Positions 45,296 through 54,675 of a DNA stretch of 64,000 nt are shown here, one piece after another (the first letter of the stretch is position 1; every line of letters begins with the position of its first letter). The DNA is from Bacillota bacterium. GTDB lineage: Bacteria; Bacillota; Clostridia; Christensenellales; CAG-138. The stretch spans positions 21,272-85,271 of the forward strand of contig JBCFAY010000002.1 of assembly GCA_038562375.1 (NCBI GenBank), written 5' to 3'. The notes beneath the pieces are model-generated. The model searched no databases and had not been told where the DNA came from. It worked only from the letters and a program-made list of their open reading frames with translations. A program made the translations under genes and the position numbers.

Positions 45296-46735
45296 TTATT
45301 CTTCGGTCTCCGTATCGCCGCTCGAGGTATCCGAGATCGAAATGCCGAGCTTTGAGAGCCTGTTGTAGTCGATGATCACGGAACCATCGGCCGACCATTC
45401 CTGGATGCAGGCATTCCATTCCTCATCCTGCTTCTGAGCGAGCAGGAAGTCATGGATTGCGGTCTTGACTTCGTCGACCGGCGTCGCACCCTGCGCCACG
45501 TCGGAAACGCGGTAGATGATATGATAGCCGTCGTCGTCCTTAAACGCCTGGCTGTACTGACCGACGGCCAGGCTCTTGAACTGCTCGTGGAGGGCTTCGG
45601 ACCAGGCATCGTCCGACTCGCCGATGAGCATACCCTTTTGCTTGTACGCATCAACAGCCGTGAAGCTGGTGTTCTGCGTATATTCGGCCATCACGTCCGC
45701 AAAGGCGGTCCCGGATTGAAGCTTTCCGTAAGCCTCGTCGATCTTGGCCTTGACGTCCTTGAAGCGGTCGGTCTCCATCTGATCGGTCTCCGCCTTGAGC
45801 TTGTTGTACTCGGCGACGATCTCGGCGATGCGGGCGCTGTTGTCCGTGCCGTTGGCCTGCTCGATGTACAGCTCGCCGCACTCGGCCTTGAGCGTATCAA
45901 GCTCGGTAATATTCGCGGTGTATTCCTCGCTGGGCTCGTCCTCCGGAGCGATCAGGATATCCATGATCCGGCTGTATCCGGCGGGGGCGTAAACGACCGG
46001 CTGACCGTTATTGGCCTCAAACTCCTCCATGTCGTCCATGTAGAGCGTTGCATCCTCGGTATATTCGGACTTCAGCGTTTCCGCATACTCGTTATACCAT
46101 TTTGTCACTTCGTCGTCGGAGACGGTGAGCGGGGCGGTCACGCTGTCCTTAAGAAGCTCGGTATAATAGGCATCCTTTACATCCTGCGTCATCAGGTCAA
46201 GGTATTGTTCCGCCGTGTAATTCTTGCCGGGATAATAAGAATCCGCGTCTTCCTTTATCATTTCCTTGGCGCGCGCTTCCACGTCAAAATCTTCCTCGGT
46301 CGATTCGGCCGCTTCCGCCTCCGCGGCGGAGCGATAGTATTCGTTTATCGAATCGAGCTGCGTTTTAATGCGCTCGTCCAACTCTGCCTGCTGCTCCGCG
46401 CTGAGCTTGGTAAAGCCCTGTTTTTCGGCCTGGTAGATCAAAACTTTATCCTGAACCAGGGAGTTGAGGATGCCCGATTGCAGGGAGCTTGCCATGGTTG
46501 GATCGGATGAGACATCCATGCCGTATGAAGCATACATCTGGGCATAGTAATCGTAAAGTTGCTTGAATTCACCATATGTAATCTCATGCGATCCGACCTT
46601 TGCGATGACCTGATTCGTGTTCGCAGTTCCGGAATCGTTGAGCGCGCAACCCGCGGCGCCCAGCCCAAACAGCAGCGTCAGGGTCAGGCAGGCGAGTCTG
46701 AGCGTCCATTTTCTCAAACCAGTTTCCTTGTTCAT
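45296..46735 (-). CDS. SurA-N/PrsA-like peptidyl-prolyl isomerase lipoprotein
   Basis: 479 aa with a lipobox (LGAAGC), a long helical SurA-N-like region and a degenerate parvulin domain near the C-terminus. Confidence 0.8.
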   Translation of the reverse strand: MNKETGLRKWTLRLACLTLTLLFGLGAAGCALNDSGTANTNQVIAKVGSHEITYGEFKQLYDYYAQMYASYGMDVSSDPTMASSLQSGILNSLVQDKVLIYQAEKQGFTKLSAEQQAELDERIKTQLDSINEYYRSAAEAEAAESTEEDFDVEARAKEMIKEDADSYYPGKNYTAEQYLDLMTQDVKDAYYTELLKDSVTAPLTVSDDEVTKWYNEYAETLKSEYTEDATLYMDDMEEFEANNGQPVVYAPAGYSRIMDILIAPEDEPSEEYTANITELDTLKAECGELYIEQANGTDNSARIAEIVAEYNKLKAETDQMETDRFKDVKAKIDEAYGKLQSGTAFADVMAEYTQNTSFTAVDAYKQKGMLIGESDDAWSEALHEQFKSLAVGQYSQAFKDDDGYHIIYRVSDVAQGATPVDEVKTAIHDFLLAQKQDEEWNACIQEWSADGSVIIDYNRLSKLGISISDTSSGDTETEE

Positions 46736-46759
46736 TCTTTCTTCTCTCCTATTTCTTAA

Positions 46760-48016
46760 TTAGAGCTTATCCAAATATCGGACGATTTCTTTTGCCTCGG
46801 CAACGCACTGAAGGCGGATCTTGGTCGCCTCGCTGAATGTGCGGCTGCTCTGAATCTCCGCGGCGATAGCGTCGCGAACCTCTTCGATCGGCACCGTTCT
46901 TGCCTGAACCTTTTCCGCCAGGTATGCGACGCATAAGCCGGAATCGGTCTTGATGGCGCCGGTATGCTCGCCCGGGGTTGTCATCTTGATCGCCTCGGCG
47001 ATGATCGCAGCGTTGACGATATCGCTCTTATCGCACAGATAATAGTCCTTTGGACTGATGTTGGGGAACAGATCCGCGTAGACCGCGTCAAACGATTCGC
47101 CCGCATCGAGGCGTGATAGAATGCCGTCGGCAGTGGACTCGATCTCCTTATACCCTTTCTCAAGGGAGTTGTTGTACGCGTCCATCGCCTTTTGGAGCGC
47201 TTCCTGCTTGGCCTTGGCGTCCGCGGAGTCCTCGCCGCCTTCGGAGATAGCGTTGACCGCCGCAATCGCGGCTTCGGACATCGCGTCGCCCGCGCTCTTG
47301 ACCGTGCTCGCGCTCTGCGTGCCGAACGGGATTTCAATCAGATGGACATGGACATATCCCTCCGGATAATAGACGAGCACGCCGCCGGAGTTCTTGCTAA
47401 GATACGTCGGATCCTTTTCGTTTTCGGTTTTCTGGGTGTTCAAAAGCTCATCGTATTGCTTCTGGATCTCTTCGTCGGTTACTTCGCCGTATTCGGTTAC
47501 AGACGCATAATATTGATCCAAAACAAAATTGTCCCGATTGTCCTGGCGGATACGCTCCGCCGTGAGATTCATCTGTTTGAGCCAATTGTCGTAATCCTGT
47601 TCGGCTTTGCGGCGAGCGCTCTCGTCCGTGCCGTACTGCTGCATATAGGATTCAATGGCCTCTTGATAATTGCGTTCATACTCCGCGTCGAGCTCCGCTT
47701 CCTGCTCGGCCGTCAAATTGCCGAAGCCGAGCGCCTCCGCCTTGTTGAGCGCCGCGGCGACGCCGATGAGGTCCTCGAGCCGCGCTTCCTTATATTCCTT
47801 ATATTGATTGGTGTACTCCGGACGCGTCAGATCGATGCCGGTAAGCTGCTGATAGAAGGCGCGCTGCTTGTCCAAATAGATCTGGTAATACCAGCGGTAA
47901 ATCGGACGCCCGTCAACCGTTGCAAGCACATCGTTCATATTGGAAGAACAGCCCGCAAGGGCGCCGAGCAAAACAAGCAACGCTATGATCAAGGCAAGTA
48001 TTTTTATTCGTTTCAT
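46760..48016 (-). CDS. SurA-N/PrsA-like peptidyl-prolyl isomerase lipoprotein (paralogue)
   Basis: The ATG at 48016 (RBS AAGGGG) gives MKRIKILALIIALLVLLGALAGCSS with a lipobox. Its architecture resembles the neighbouring gene. Confidence 0.8.
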   Translation of the reverse strand: MKRIKILALIIALLVLLGALAGCSSNMNDVLATVDGRPIYRWYYQIYLDKQRAFYQQLTGIDLTRPEYTNQYKEYKEARLEDLIGVAAALNKAEALGFGNLTAEQEAELDAEYERNYQEAIESYMQQYGTDESARRKAEQDYDNWLKQMNLTAERIRQDNRDNFVLDQYYASVTEYGEVTDEEIQKQYDELLNTQKTENEKDPTYLSKNSGGVLVYYPEGYVHVHLIEIPFGTQSASTVKSAGDAMSEAAIAAVNAISEGGEDSADAKAKQEALQKAMDAYNNSLEKGYKEIESTADGILSRLDAGESFDAVYADLFPNISPKDYYLCDKSDIVNAAIIAEAIKMTTPGEHTGAIKTDSGLCVAYLAEKVQARTVPIEEVRDAIAAEIQSSRTFSEATKIRLQCVAEAKEIVRYLDKL

Positions 48017-48094
48017 AAGCAACCCCTTATCCTTCAAGCGGCGCCCATTCGCCGCTTTTGTTCGAGCATTCGTCTACATACTCACACATTATAC

Positions 48095-51000
48095 CTAGTT
48101 TCTTGATTCAATGCAATCGAGGATTGTGTAAACAAAATGTGGCACTATCTGGATCAGATCGCGCGCTTCGGAGCGCGGCCTTTTGATCACCAGGTTCACG
48201 CTCTCGCCGTTCACAAGCTGCGCGCCGGGCGTCTGCGTACACAATTCCACCAGCTTTACCCCGTCCAGCCGCGCCTCCACATGGAACGCCATGCGGATCT
48301 CGCCGTCCCTGATCTGCAGGCGGCTAAGCTGCGCCTTTGAGCAGAGCGCCTTGATCACCGCCACATCCAAAAGGTTCTGCACGCTCTCGGGGATGTCGCC
48401 GTAGCGATCCTCGAGCTCCTCCTGTACGTCGAGCATCTCGTCGCGCGTGCCGATCGACGCGACGCGCTTATACATGGACAGGCGCTGCGCCTCGCTCGCG
48501 ATGTAGCGGTGCGGGATATGCGCGTCGATCGGGATATCGAGCGCAGTATCCACCTCGAGCGGCGCGCTCTCGCCCTTTGCCTCGCGCACGGCCTGGTTCA
48601 TCAGCTTGCAGTACAGATCATACCCGACGTCGGCCATATGCCCGTGCTGCTCCGGACCCAAGAGGTTGCCCGCGCCCCGGATCTCGAGGTCCCGCATCGC
48701 GATTTTAAAGCCGGATCCGAACTGGGTAAACTCCCGGATGCTCATCAGACGCTTCTCCGCGATTTCCGAAAGCACCTTGCTGCGGCGGAACGTAAAGTAC
48801 GCGTAGCCGAGCCTGTTGGAGCGGCCGACGCGCCCGCGGAGCTGATACAGCTGTGCAAGGCCGAGCGCGTCGGCGTCGCACACCACGATCGTGTTCACGT
48901 TCGGGATATCCATGCCGCTCTCGATGATCGTGCTGCAAAGGAGCACGTCGTACTGTCCCTCGAGGAATTGGAGCATGGTCTTTTCAAGCACGCGCTCGCT
49001 CATCTGCCCGTGGGCGAACGCGATGCGCGCTTCGGGGAGCATCTGCGTTAGATGCGCCGCGAACTGCTCCATGTTGCGCACCTTGTTGTAGACGATATAC
49101 GTCTGCCCGCCGCGCCCCAATTCCTTTAGCACCGCCTCGCGGACGATGGCGTCGGAATACTCGAGGACATACGTCTGCACCGGAAAACGCTGCTCCGGCG
49201 GAGTCTCGATGACGGACATGTCGCGGATGCCGACCATGGACATATGAAGCGTTCTTGGGATCGGCGTCGCGGTGAGTGTAAGCACGTCGACCGTGTTCTT
49301 GATGTTCTTGATCAGCTCCTTGTGCGCTACGCCGAAGCGCTGCTCCTCGTCGATAACAAGCAAACCGAGGTCTTTGAACTTCACGGAATTGCTAAGGAGC
49401 ATATGCGTACCGATCACAACGTCCGTCGCTCCCTGCTCGATGCACTTTAGGATATCCTTCTTCTGCGCGGCGGTCTTGAACCTTGAAAGCAGCTCGACGT
49501 TGACCGGGAATCCCGCAAAGCGGCTCATGATCGTATTGCAATGCTGCTGCGCGAGTATCGTGGTGGGCACCAGAAACGCGACCTGACGGCCGTCCATCGC
49601 CGCCTTGAACGCCGCGCGAACGGCGACCTCGGTCTTGCCGTAGCCGACGTCCCCGCAAAGGAGGCGATCCATCACCTTGTCGCTCTCCATGTCGGCCTTG
49701 ACGTCCGCGATGCAGGAAAGCTGATCGGGCGTCTCCTCATACGGAAAACGCTCCTCCAGCTGCTGCTGCCACGCGCCGTCGGCCGAAAAAGCATACCCTT
49801 TTTTCGCGGTGCGCGCGCCGTAGAGCTTAACGAGGTCGAACGCGAGCTTCTTGACGCCCTCCCTCGCCCTTGTCACGGATCGCTGCCACTCGCCGCCGCC
49901 GAGCTTGGAAAGGTGCGGCATGGCCTCGTCGGACCCGATGTATTTTTGGACGCGGTCGAGCTGGTCCGTCGGTATGTACAGCTTATCGCCCGCCGCGTAT
50001 TGGATCAAAAGATAGTCGCGGGTATTGTTTTCGACGGTAAGCGCCTCCACGCCGATAAATCGGCCGATGCCGTACGCTTCGTGCACCACGAAGTCGCCTA
50101 CGGCGAGGTCGGAGAACGCGAGTTGCGGCCGCCTTTTATCCGCCGCGACGGGCTTTTGGCGCTCCCTGCCGAACAATTCGCGCTCGGTGAAGAGTATGCT
50201 TTTGATCTCGGGGTACTGCGCGCCGCGCGGCAGGCTTCCGCCGATTACGATGATCTCTCCCGGCAGAAGATCGCGCTTGAGCCGTTCAACATAGGGCGTC
50301 TCAAGCCCGTCGCGCGCAAGCTGCTCCGAAAGATGCCTCCCGTGCGCGCCTGCGAATACCGCGACGGAATATCCGAGCTCCTTCCAGGATTTCAGATCCG
50401 AAAGGAAGGATTCGGAGCCGGGTTGAAGCTGTGCAGCCGGTATCGTTTCGATATGGAACGACTGTTTCGGCCGGATCGGGCCGCTCTGGCGCGCGAGCGC
50501 GTTCAGAAGCAACGTTCTTTGTGTGGTCAGCTTTGAGAACATGCTCTTCGCGTCGCAGTAGAGCTTGCCCATGGACCCATGCCCTTCGCCGATTTCAAGC
50601 ATCGCCGCGACCGCGTTCACGAAATTGGATGCGGCAACGACCGCGCTTTCCTCGATGCGGCCGGGATCGTCCAAAACGATCAGGCTGTCTTTTGGGAAAT
50701 AATCGCTGAGCGTCTTTTCCTCGGGGTAGATGAGCGGCAGCAGCGAAAGCGGAATGGCCGCCGTGTGCTCAAACAGCGAAACCTCGGCCGGCGTCGCGCC
50801 TGAATCGCGCTGCCGCAGTTTTTTGAGGATGCTCTCGCGCGCGTTTTTTTTCAGCGGTATCTCCGTCGCAGGCGGAATCAAAGTTTTGTCCGTCTTCTCC
50901 AAAGATCGCTGCGTATCGGGATCGAATGTGCGGATGCTGTCGATCTCATCGTCGAAAAACTCGACCCGGTACGGGGTCTTCGCCGTGAGCGGAAAAACGT

Positions 51001-51523
51001 CGAGTATTCCGCCGCGGATGCTGAACTGGCCGCGTTCCTCGCACTGATCCTTGCGCTCGTAGCCCGCGTCGACCAGGTCCCGCGACAGAGCCTCAAGCTC
51101 CCGCTTTTCCCCCACGGCAAACGAAAGCTGCGACTCCTCGAGCGCCTCGGGCGGCGGAAGCTGCTGCAACAGCGCCTCCGCGCTCGTAACGACGACTGCG
51201 TTTTCGCCCGAGCGCACGCGCATGAGCACGCTGAGCCGCTTCGCGCTGATCTGCGAGGACGCGGCAAGCGCCTTGGAGGAAAGCAGCGTTTCCCGCGCGG
51301 GCAGATAAAGGGGATCCTCGAGGTATGCGCAGAGCTCCTCGTGGAGCCGCAGCGCCGAGGCCTCGTTCGCAGCGACGATCAGCGAAGGCGCGCCCATCGC
51401 CGAAACGAGCGCGGCGACGATCTGCGCCTTCGCGCCTTCGCACACGCCGCTTAAGGCAGCGGCGCCTCCGCCCCCCCTTATGTGTGTTTCCAATTGCCGG
51501 TAATCGACGCTCCTTGAGAGCAT
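48095..51523 (-). CDS. mfd: Transcription-repair coupling factor Mfd
   Basis: About 1142 aa with a UvrB-homology region, a CarD/RID domain, an SF2 helicase (GDVGYGKTEV, DEEQRFG) and a TRG motif. The start is uncertain: the ATG at 51523 fits conserved length but lacks a well-spaced RBS. Confidence 0.93.
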   Translation of the reverse strand: MLSRSVDYRQLETHIRGGGGAAALSGVCEGAKAQIVAALVSAMGAPSLIVAANEASALRLHEELCAYLEDPLYLPARETLLSSKALAASSQISAKRLSVLMRVRSGENAVVVTSAEALLQQLPPPEALEESQLSFAVGEKRELEALSRDLVDAGYERKDQCEERGQFSIRGGILDVFPLTAKTPYRVEFFDDEIDSIRTFDPDTQRSLEKTDKTLIPPATEIPLKKNARESILKKLRQRDSGATPAEVSLFEHTAAIPLSLLPLIYPEEKTLSDYFPKDSLIVLDDPGRIEESAVVAASNFVNAVAAMLEIGEGHGSMGKLYCDAKSMFSKLTTQRTLLLNALARQSGPIRPKQSFHIETIPAAQLQPGSESFLSDLKSWKELGYSVAVFAGAHGRHLSEQLARDGLETPYVERLKRDLLPGEIIVIGGSLPRGAQYPEIKSILFTERELFGRERQKPVAADKRRPQLAFSDLAVGDFVVHEAYGIGRFIGVEALTVENNTRDYLLIQYAAGDKLYIPTDQLDRVQKYIGSDEAMPHLSKLGGGEWQRSVTRAREGVKKLAFDLVKLYGARTAKKGYAFSADGAWQQQLEERFPYEETPDQLSCIADVKADMESDKVMDRLLCGDVGYGKTEVAVRAAFKAAMDGRQVAFLVPTTILAQQHCNTIMSRFAGFPVNVELLSRFKTAAQKKDILKCIEQGATDVVIGTHMLLSNSVKFKDLGLLVIDEEQRFGVAHKELIKNIKNTVDVLTLTATPIPRTLHMSMVGIRDMSVIETPPEQRFPVQTYVLEYSDAIVREAVLKELGRGGQTYIVYNKVRNMEQFAAHLTQMLPEARIAFAHGQMSERVLEKTMLQFLEGQYDVLLCSTIIESGMDIPNVNTIVVCDADALGLAQLYQLRGRVGRSNRLGYAYFTFRRSKVLSEIAEKRLMSIREFTQFGSGFKIAMRDLEIRGAGNLLGPEQHGHMADVGYDLYCKLMNQAVREAKGESAPLEVDTALDIPIDAHIPHRYIASEAQRLSMYKRVASIGTRDEMLDVQEELEDRYGDIPESVQNLLDVAVIKALCSKAQLSRLQIRDGEIRMAFHVEARLDGVKLVELCTQTPGAQLVNGESVNLVIKRPRSEARDLIQIVPHFVYTILDCIESRN

Positions 51524-51558
51524 CTTGAGAATCGGGTGACTGATGCGTACTCCCTCCG

Positions 51559-52116
51559 TTAATTGAACTGCGCCTGCGCCTTGACCATCTCCCCGGCCAC
51601 GATCAGCGCTACGGCGTCGCACGCGTTTTCCATCGCGGCGTTGATGCCTTCGGCCTCTTCGTCCTTGGGCCGCCCCAGGACATGGTCGGCAAGATCCCAG
51701 CCCGACGGCGCTTTGCCGATACCGATGCGCACGCGCGGAAAATCGTCGTATCCAAGCTGATAGATGATGCTGCGCATACCGTTGTGTGTCCCCGCGCTTC
51801 CGCGCTCGCGGATGCGAAGCTTTCCGGGTTCGAGGTCGGCGTCGTCATAGATGACGATCAGCTGGTTGTGTTCGCATTTGTACCAGTTTACCAGATCGAG
51901 GACGCTCATCCCGGAAAGATTCATATACGTCTGCGGCTTGGCGAGCACGATCCGCTCCGTACCGATCCGCGCCTCGCCCAAGAGCGCCTTATGCGCGCGC
52001 TTTTCGATACCGACGCCCAGGCGGCGGGCCAAAAGATCGACCGTGTGGAAGCCGACGTTATGGCGAGATTGCGCATATTCCCTTCCGGGATTCCCGAGTC
52101 CTACCACGATGAACAT
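51559..52116 (-). CDS. pth: Peptidyl-tRNA hydrolase
   Basis: The ATG at 52116, 5 nt after GGAGG, gives MFIVVGLGNPG... Confidence 0.95.
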   Translation of the reverse strand: MFIVVGLGNPGREYAQSRHNVGFHTVDLLARRLGVGIEKRAHKALLGEARIGTERIVLAKPQTYMNLSGMSVLDLVNWYKCEHNQLIVIYDDADLEPGKLRIRERGSAGTHNGMRSIIYQLGYDDFPRVRIGIGKAPSGWDLADHVLGRPKDEEAEGINAAMENACDAVALIVAGEMVKAQAQFN

Positions 52117-52166
52117 AACGGCCTCCAACGTGCTTTTGCCCCCGAAAGATTGCGGGGGCTATCGCC

Positions 52167-52195
52167 ATTATATCCTATGCCGGACAAAACGTAAA
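52167..52195 (-). promoter_or_regulatory. Sigma-A-type promoter of pth-mfd
   Basis: -35 TTTACG (52195..52190), 17-nt spacer, -10 TATAAT (52172..52167). The 5' UTR begins with the hairpin GCCCCC...GGGGGC. Confidence 0.55.
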
Positions 52196-52339
52196 CATCA
52201 GCAGGATCGGGTTTTTGCGCAGAAACGCACGACATTCGGCCGTTTTAGGGATTGTTCCCGCTCCAAAGCAGCTTTTTGCCCCTCGCCTAGGGTATCGGCA
52301 CACGGCAATGCCTATCGCCATGCAAGCATCGGCATAGAA

Positions 52340-52373
52340 AAGAGGCGGAATGGCCGCTGCCGTTCCGCCTCTT
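52340..52373 (-). terminator. Intrinsic terminator of the SpoIID-SH3 gene pair
   Basis: AAGAGGCGGAA-12 nt-TTCCGCCTCTT (11 bp) followed by TTTCTAT on the minus strand. Confidence 0.75.
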
Positions 52374-52427
52374 GATCGTTACATGCTTTAGAAGGATCAA
52401 CACGCCGATTTTCTGTTGCAGTGTTTT

Positions 52428-54536
52428 CTACGAAACCGACACATATTGCTCGCTGACATAGCCCTGCATACCGTTATATTCCACATAGTACCAGCCGATC
52501 ACATTGTTGATGATCTTCACCGTCGTTCCGGCGCTGAGCTGGCAGATCACCACGCTCCCGCTCGTAGAAGGAATGTTCCGGAAGTTCACGCCGTTGCGCG
52601 TAATCACGCCCGTCCTCTGGGTCGTCGTCGAGGTTCCGCCGCCAAGGCCGGTGCCTATGCCGCCGGTGCCCGTACCGGACGAACCGCCGGACGAGCCGCT
52701 TCCGCCGGTATTGATCAAACCGGTGCCCAGGCCGCCCGGGATCGTGGGAGTGCCGGAAGAGCCCGTGTCCGGCTGCGTGGGCGTCGTGTCGACCCTGGAG
52801 GTGATCTTGACAAAATCGCTGCTCACATATCCGATTTTGCTTCCGGCCTTCACATAATACCAGCCCGTGAGCTCCTGATAAACCGTAAGCTCGGTGCCTT
52901 TTTTCAGCTTGGTAAGCGAGGTGCTCTCCGTCGAAGCCGACTTGCGCAGGTTGACCTTATCCTTGGTCAACTCGCCGTACGCGATCGCCGCCAGCGCAAC
53001 CGCCGGTTTTTCCGGGTTCTGGGGGGCGCTTACATCGAAGGTGGAAAGCGTCGCGGTCGGATAATAGAATTTCAGGATGTCCTTATAGCCCTGCCCGCCC
53101 GCGGCACGCTGCTGTGCGCCGCGCTGGCTCATTCCGACGCCGTGACCATAGCGCACATGATAGATATTGTAGCCGCCCGAGGCCTTTTCGCCCCAGAAGA
53201 TGCGCAGCGAAGAGCTGCTCACCACGCCGCAGTTCAAAAGATCCGTCAGCAGAAAGTCGAATTCGAGGGTCATCTTGCCCGCATCCTGAGAAACGATCTT
53301 GACGTTGGAAACATTGATCGTCGGCGTGGGCGTGCCGCTTCCCGTCGAACCGGTGCCGCTTGAGCTGCCGCCCAATCCGCTCAGTCCCGTACCGAGACCA
53401 AAACCGATCCCGTCAAGTCCCAATCCGCTCCCAAAGCCGATCCCGCTCAGCCCGGTGCCAAAGCCGGTTCCGAGTCCCGTACCGCCGCTCCCGGTTCCGG
53501 TGCCGATCCCGGTACCTGGGCTGGCGCTCGATCCGTCGGGAACAGCGACGGTCAGGCTGATCCTCGCTTTGGTAAGGTTGCGCGCGACGCCCGCATATTT
53601 CGGGGTATGCGCTTGTACGGAGTTGACGGCGACGATGGAGCTTACGCTCGTTCCACTCGCGGCGGATGCGGCGTTGATCAGATACGTCCGCAGCGCCGAG
53701 CCGAGCGTCCCTCCGCCATAGGGGAAGTACACGGTTTCCTTGAGGCTGCTCTGATTGTTGAAATCATAATCGTCGGTGCTGATCCCGTAGCCGGAATTGT
53801 TTGCGCTTGATGACCAAGCGTAGCTGACGAGATTGGTCTCGCCGCCGTTGGATGCCGCGTAGTAGGTTTTCAGGATCGACGAGCCGGATTTGAGCACGAC
53901 GTTGAGCGTCGAATCGACCGCCTTGATGACGTTGGACGCGCTCGAATCATAGCCCTTGTAAACCTGATCGGACGAAGTGTCGCCGATAAAATACTCGCCG
54001 CTCGTCGACAGACCGGAGAGCACATAGCACTTTGAAACGACCGCCTGCGCCTTGAGCGCCTCGAGCGGGAACGCGTCGCTCATCTCATATCCGACCACGC
54101 CGTAGAGATACTGCGCGAGCGGCACGACGTTGACGATTTGCAGGCCCGCCCCGGTAGCCTTGACATTAAAGTGGCCGAGGTACTTGCGCTTGCCGTGCAC
54201 CGTCTCGATCTGGAGATATCCGGCCGAAGCGCTCACGTCCTCGCGCATGATCTGGCAGGAGGTCCCGGTAAAGAGCAGGCCCCCCGTGGAGTGGCTCACC
54301 TCGACCTGGCCGAGGGCCGTCTGGCTGATCGTAAGCGTTCCTCCGGAAAAGGATTTCCCATTCTCCTGGATGAAGTAACTGCCGCTGACCGGTATCTGAA
54401 GCACGGCCGCGTTTTGCGTGGAAAGCTTAACCTTAATCCAGTCGTATTGAGTCTGCGCCATGGCGGCGCTTCCAAGCGGCAGCGCCAATGACGCAAGCAT
54501 GACCGCCGCAAGCAGGATAGGTATGATTTTTTTCAT
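52428..54536 (-). CDS. Secreted SpoIID/LytB-domain protein with a Gly-rich insert and two C-terminal SH3b domains
   Basis: The ATG at 54536 (RBS GGGAG) gives a signal peptide (MKKIIPILLAAVMLASLALPLGSAAMA). SpoIID blocks are present (PLAQYLYGVVGYEM, YYAASNGGET, YGHGVGMSQRGAQQRA). Two SH3_3-like modules follow (VNLRKSAS..., VNFRNIPS...). Confidence 0.88.
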   Translation of the reverse strand: MKKIIPILLAAVMLASLALPLGSAAMAQTQYDWIKVKLSTQNAAVLQIPVSGSYFIQENGKSFSGGTLTISQTALGQVEVSHSTGGLLFTGTSCQIMREDVSASAGYLQIETVHGKRKYLGHFNVKATGAGLQIVNVVPLAQYLYGVVGYEMSDAFPLEALKAQAVVSKCYVLSGLSTSGEYFIGDTSSDQVYKGYDSSASNVIKAVDSTLNVVLKSGSSILKTYYAASNGGETNLVSYAWSSSANNSGYGISTDDYDFNNQSSLKETVYFPYGGGTLGSALRTYLINAASAASGTSVSSIVAVNSVQAHTPKYAGVARNLTKARISLTVAVPDGSSASPGTGIGTGTGSGGTGLGTGFGTGLSGIGFGSGLGLDGIGFGLGTGLSGLGGSSSGTGSTGSGTPTPTINVSNVKIVSQDAGKMTLEFDFLLTDLLNCGVVSSSSLRIFWGEKASGGYNIYHVRYGHGVGMSQRGAQQRAAGGQGYKDILKFYYPTATLSTFDVSAPQNPEKPAVALAAIAYGELTKDKVNLRKSASTESTSLTKLKKGTELTVYQELTGWYYVKAGSKIGYVSSDFVKITSRVDTTPTQPDTGSSGTPTIPGGLGTGLINTGGSGSSGGSSGTGTGGIGTGLGGGTSTTTQRTGVITRNGVNFRNIPSTSGSVVICQLSAGTTVKIINNVIGWYYVEYNGMQGYVSEQYVSVS
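53333..53520 (-). repeat. Coding low-complexity G-x-G repeat (about 62 aa) inside the SpoIID-domain protein
   Basis: It translates to PGTGIGTGTGSGGTGLGTGFGTGLSGIGFGSGLGLDGIGFGLGTGLSGLGGSSSGTGSTGSG and is absent at the equivalent position of the paralogue. Confidence 0.8.
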
Positions 54537-54675
54537 CTGTATTGCTCCCAACATCAGTATGAATATGCTGTCGAACATCGGCGGAACAGCTTGTCCCGCA
54601 GGGTTAGTATATCATATGTGAGCAACTTCAAACGTTTTTAGCGAAGAATTAACAACTTCGTTACATATTAACAAA

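Noticed and set aside
48036-48057. A hairpin AAGCGGCG-cccatt-CGCCGCTT between mfd and the PrsA-like gene.
   Set aside because: Its T-tract is on the plus strand, where no gene is transcribed towards it. On the minus strand it lacks a U-tract. It may be a weak mfd terminator or stabiliser, but this is not distinctive.
53333-53520. Short-period nucleotide repeats considered as a CRISPR-like or non-coding tandem array.
   Set aside because: The region lies inside an uninterrupted ORF and encodes a Gly-rich low-complexity segment. There are no spacer/repeat architecture and no cas genes.
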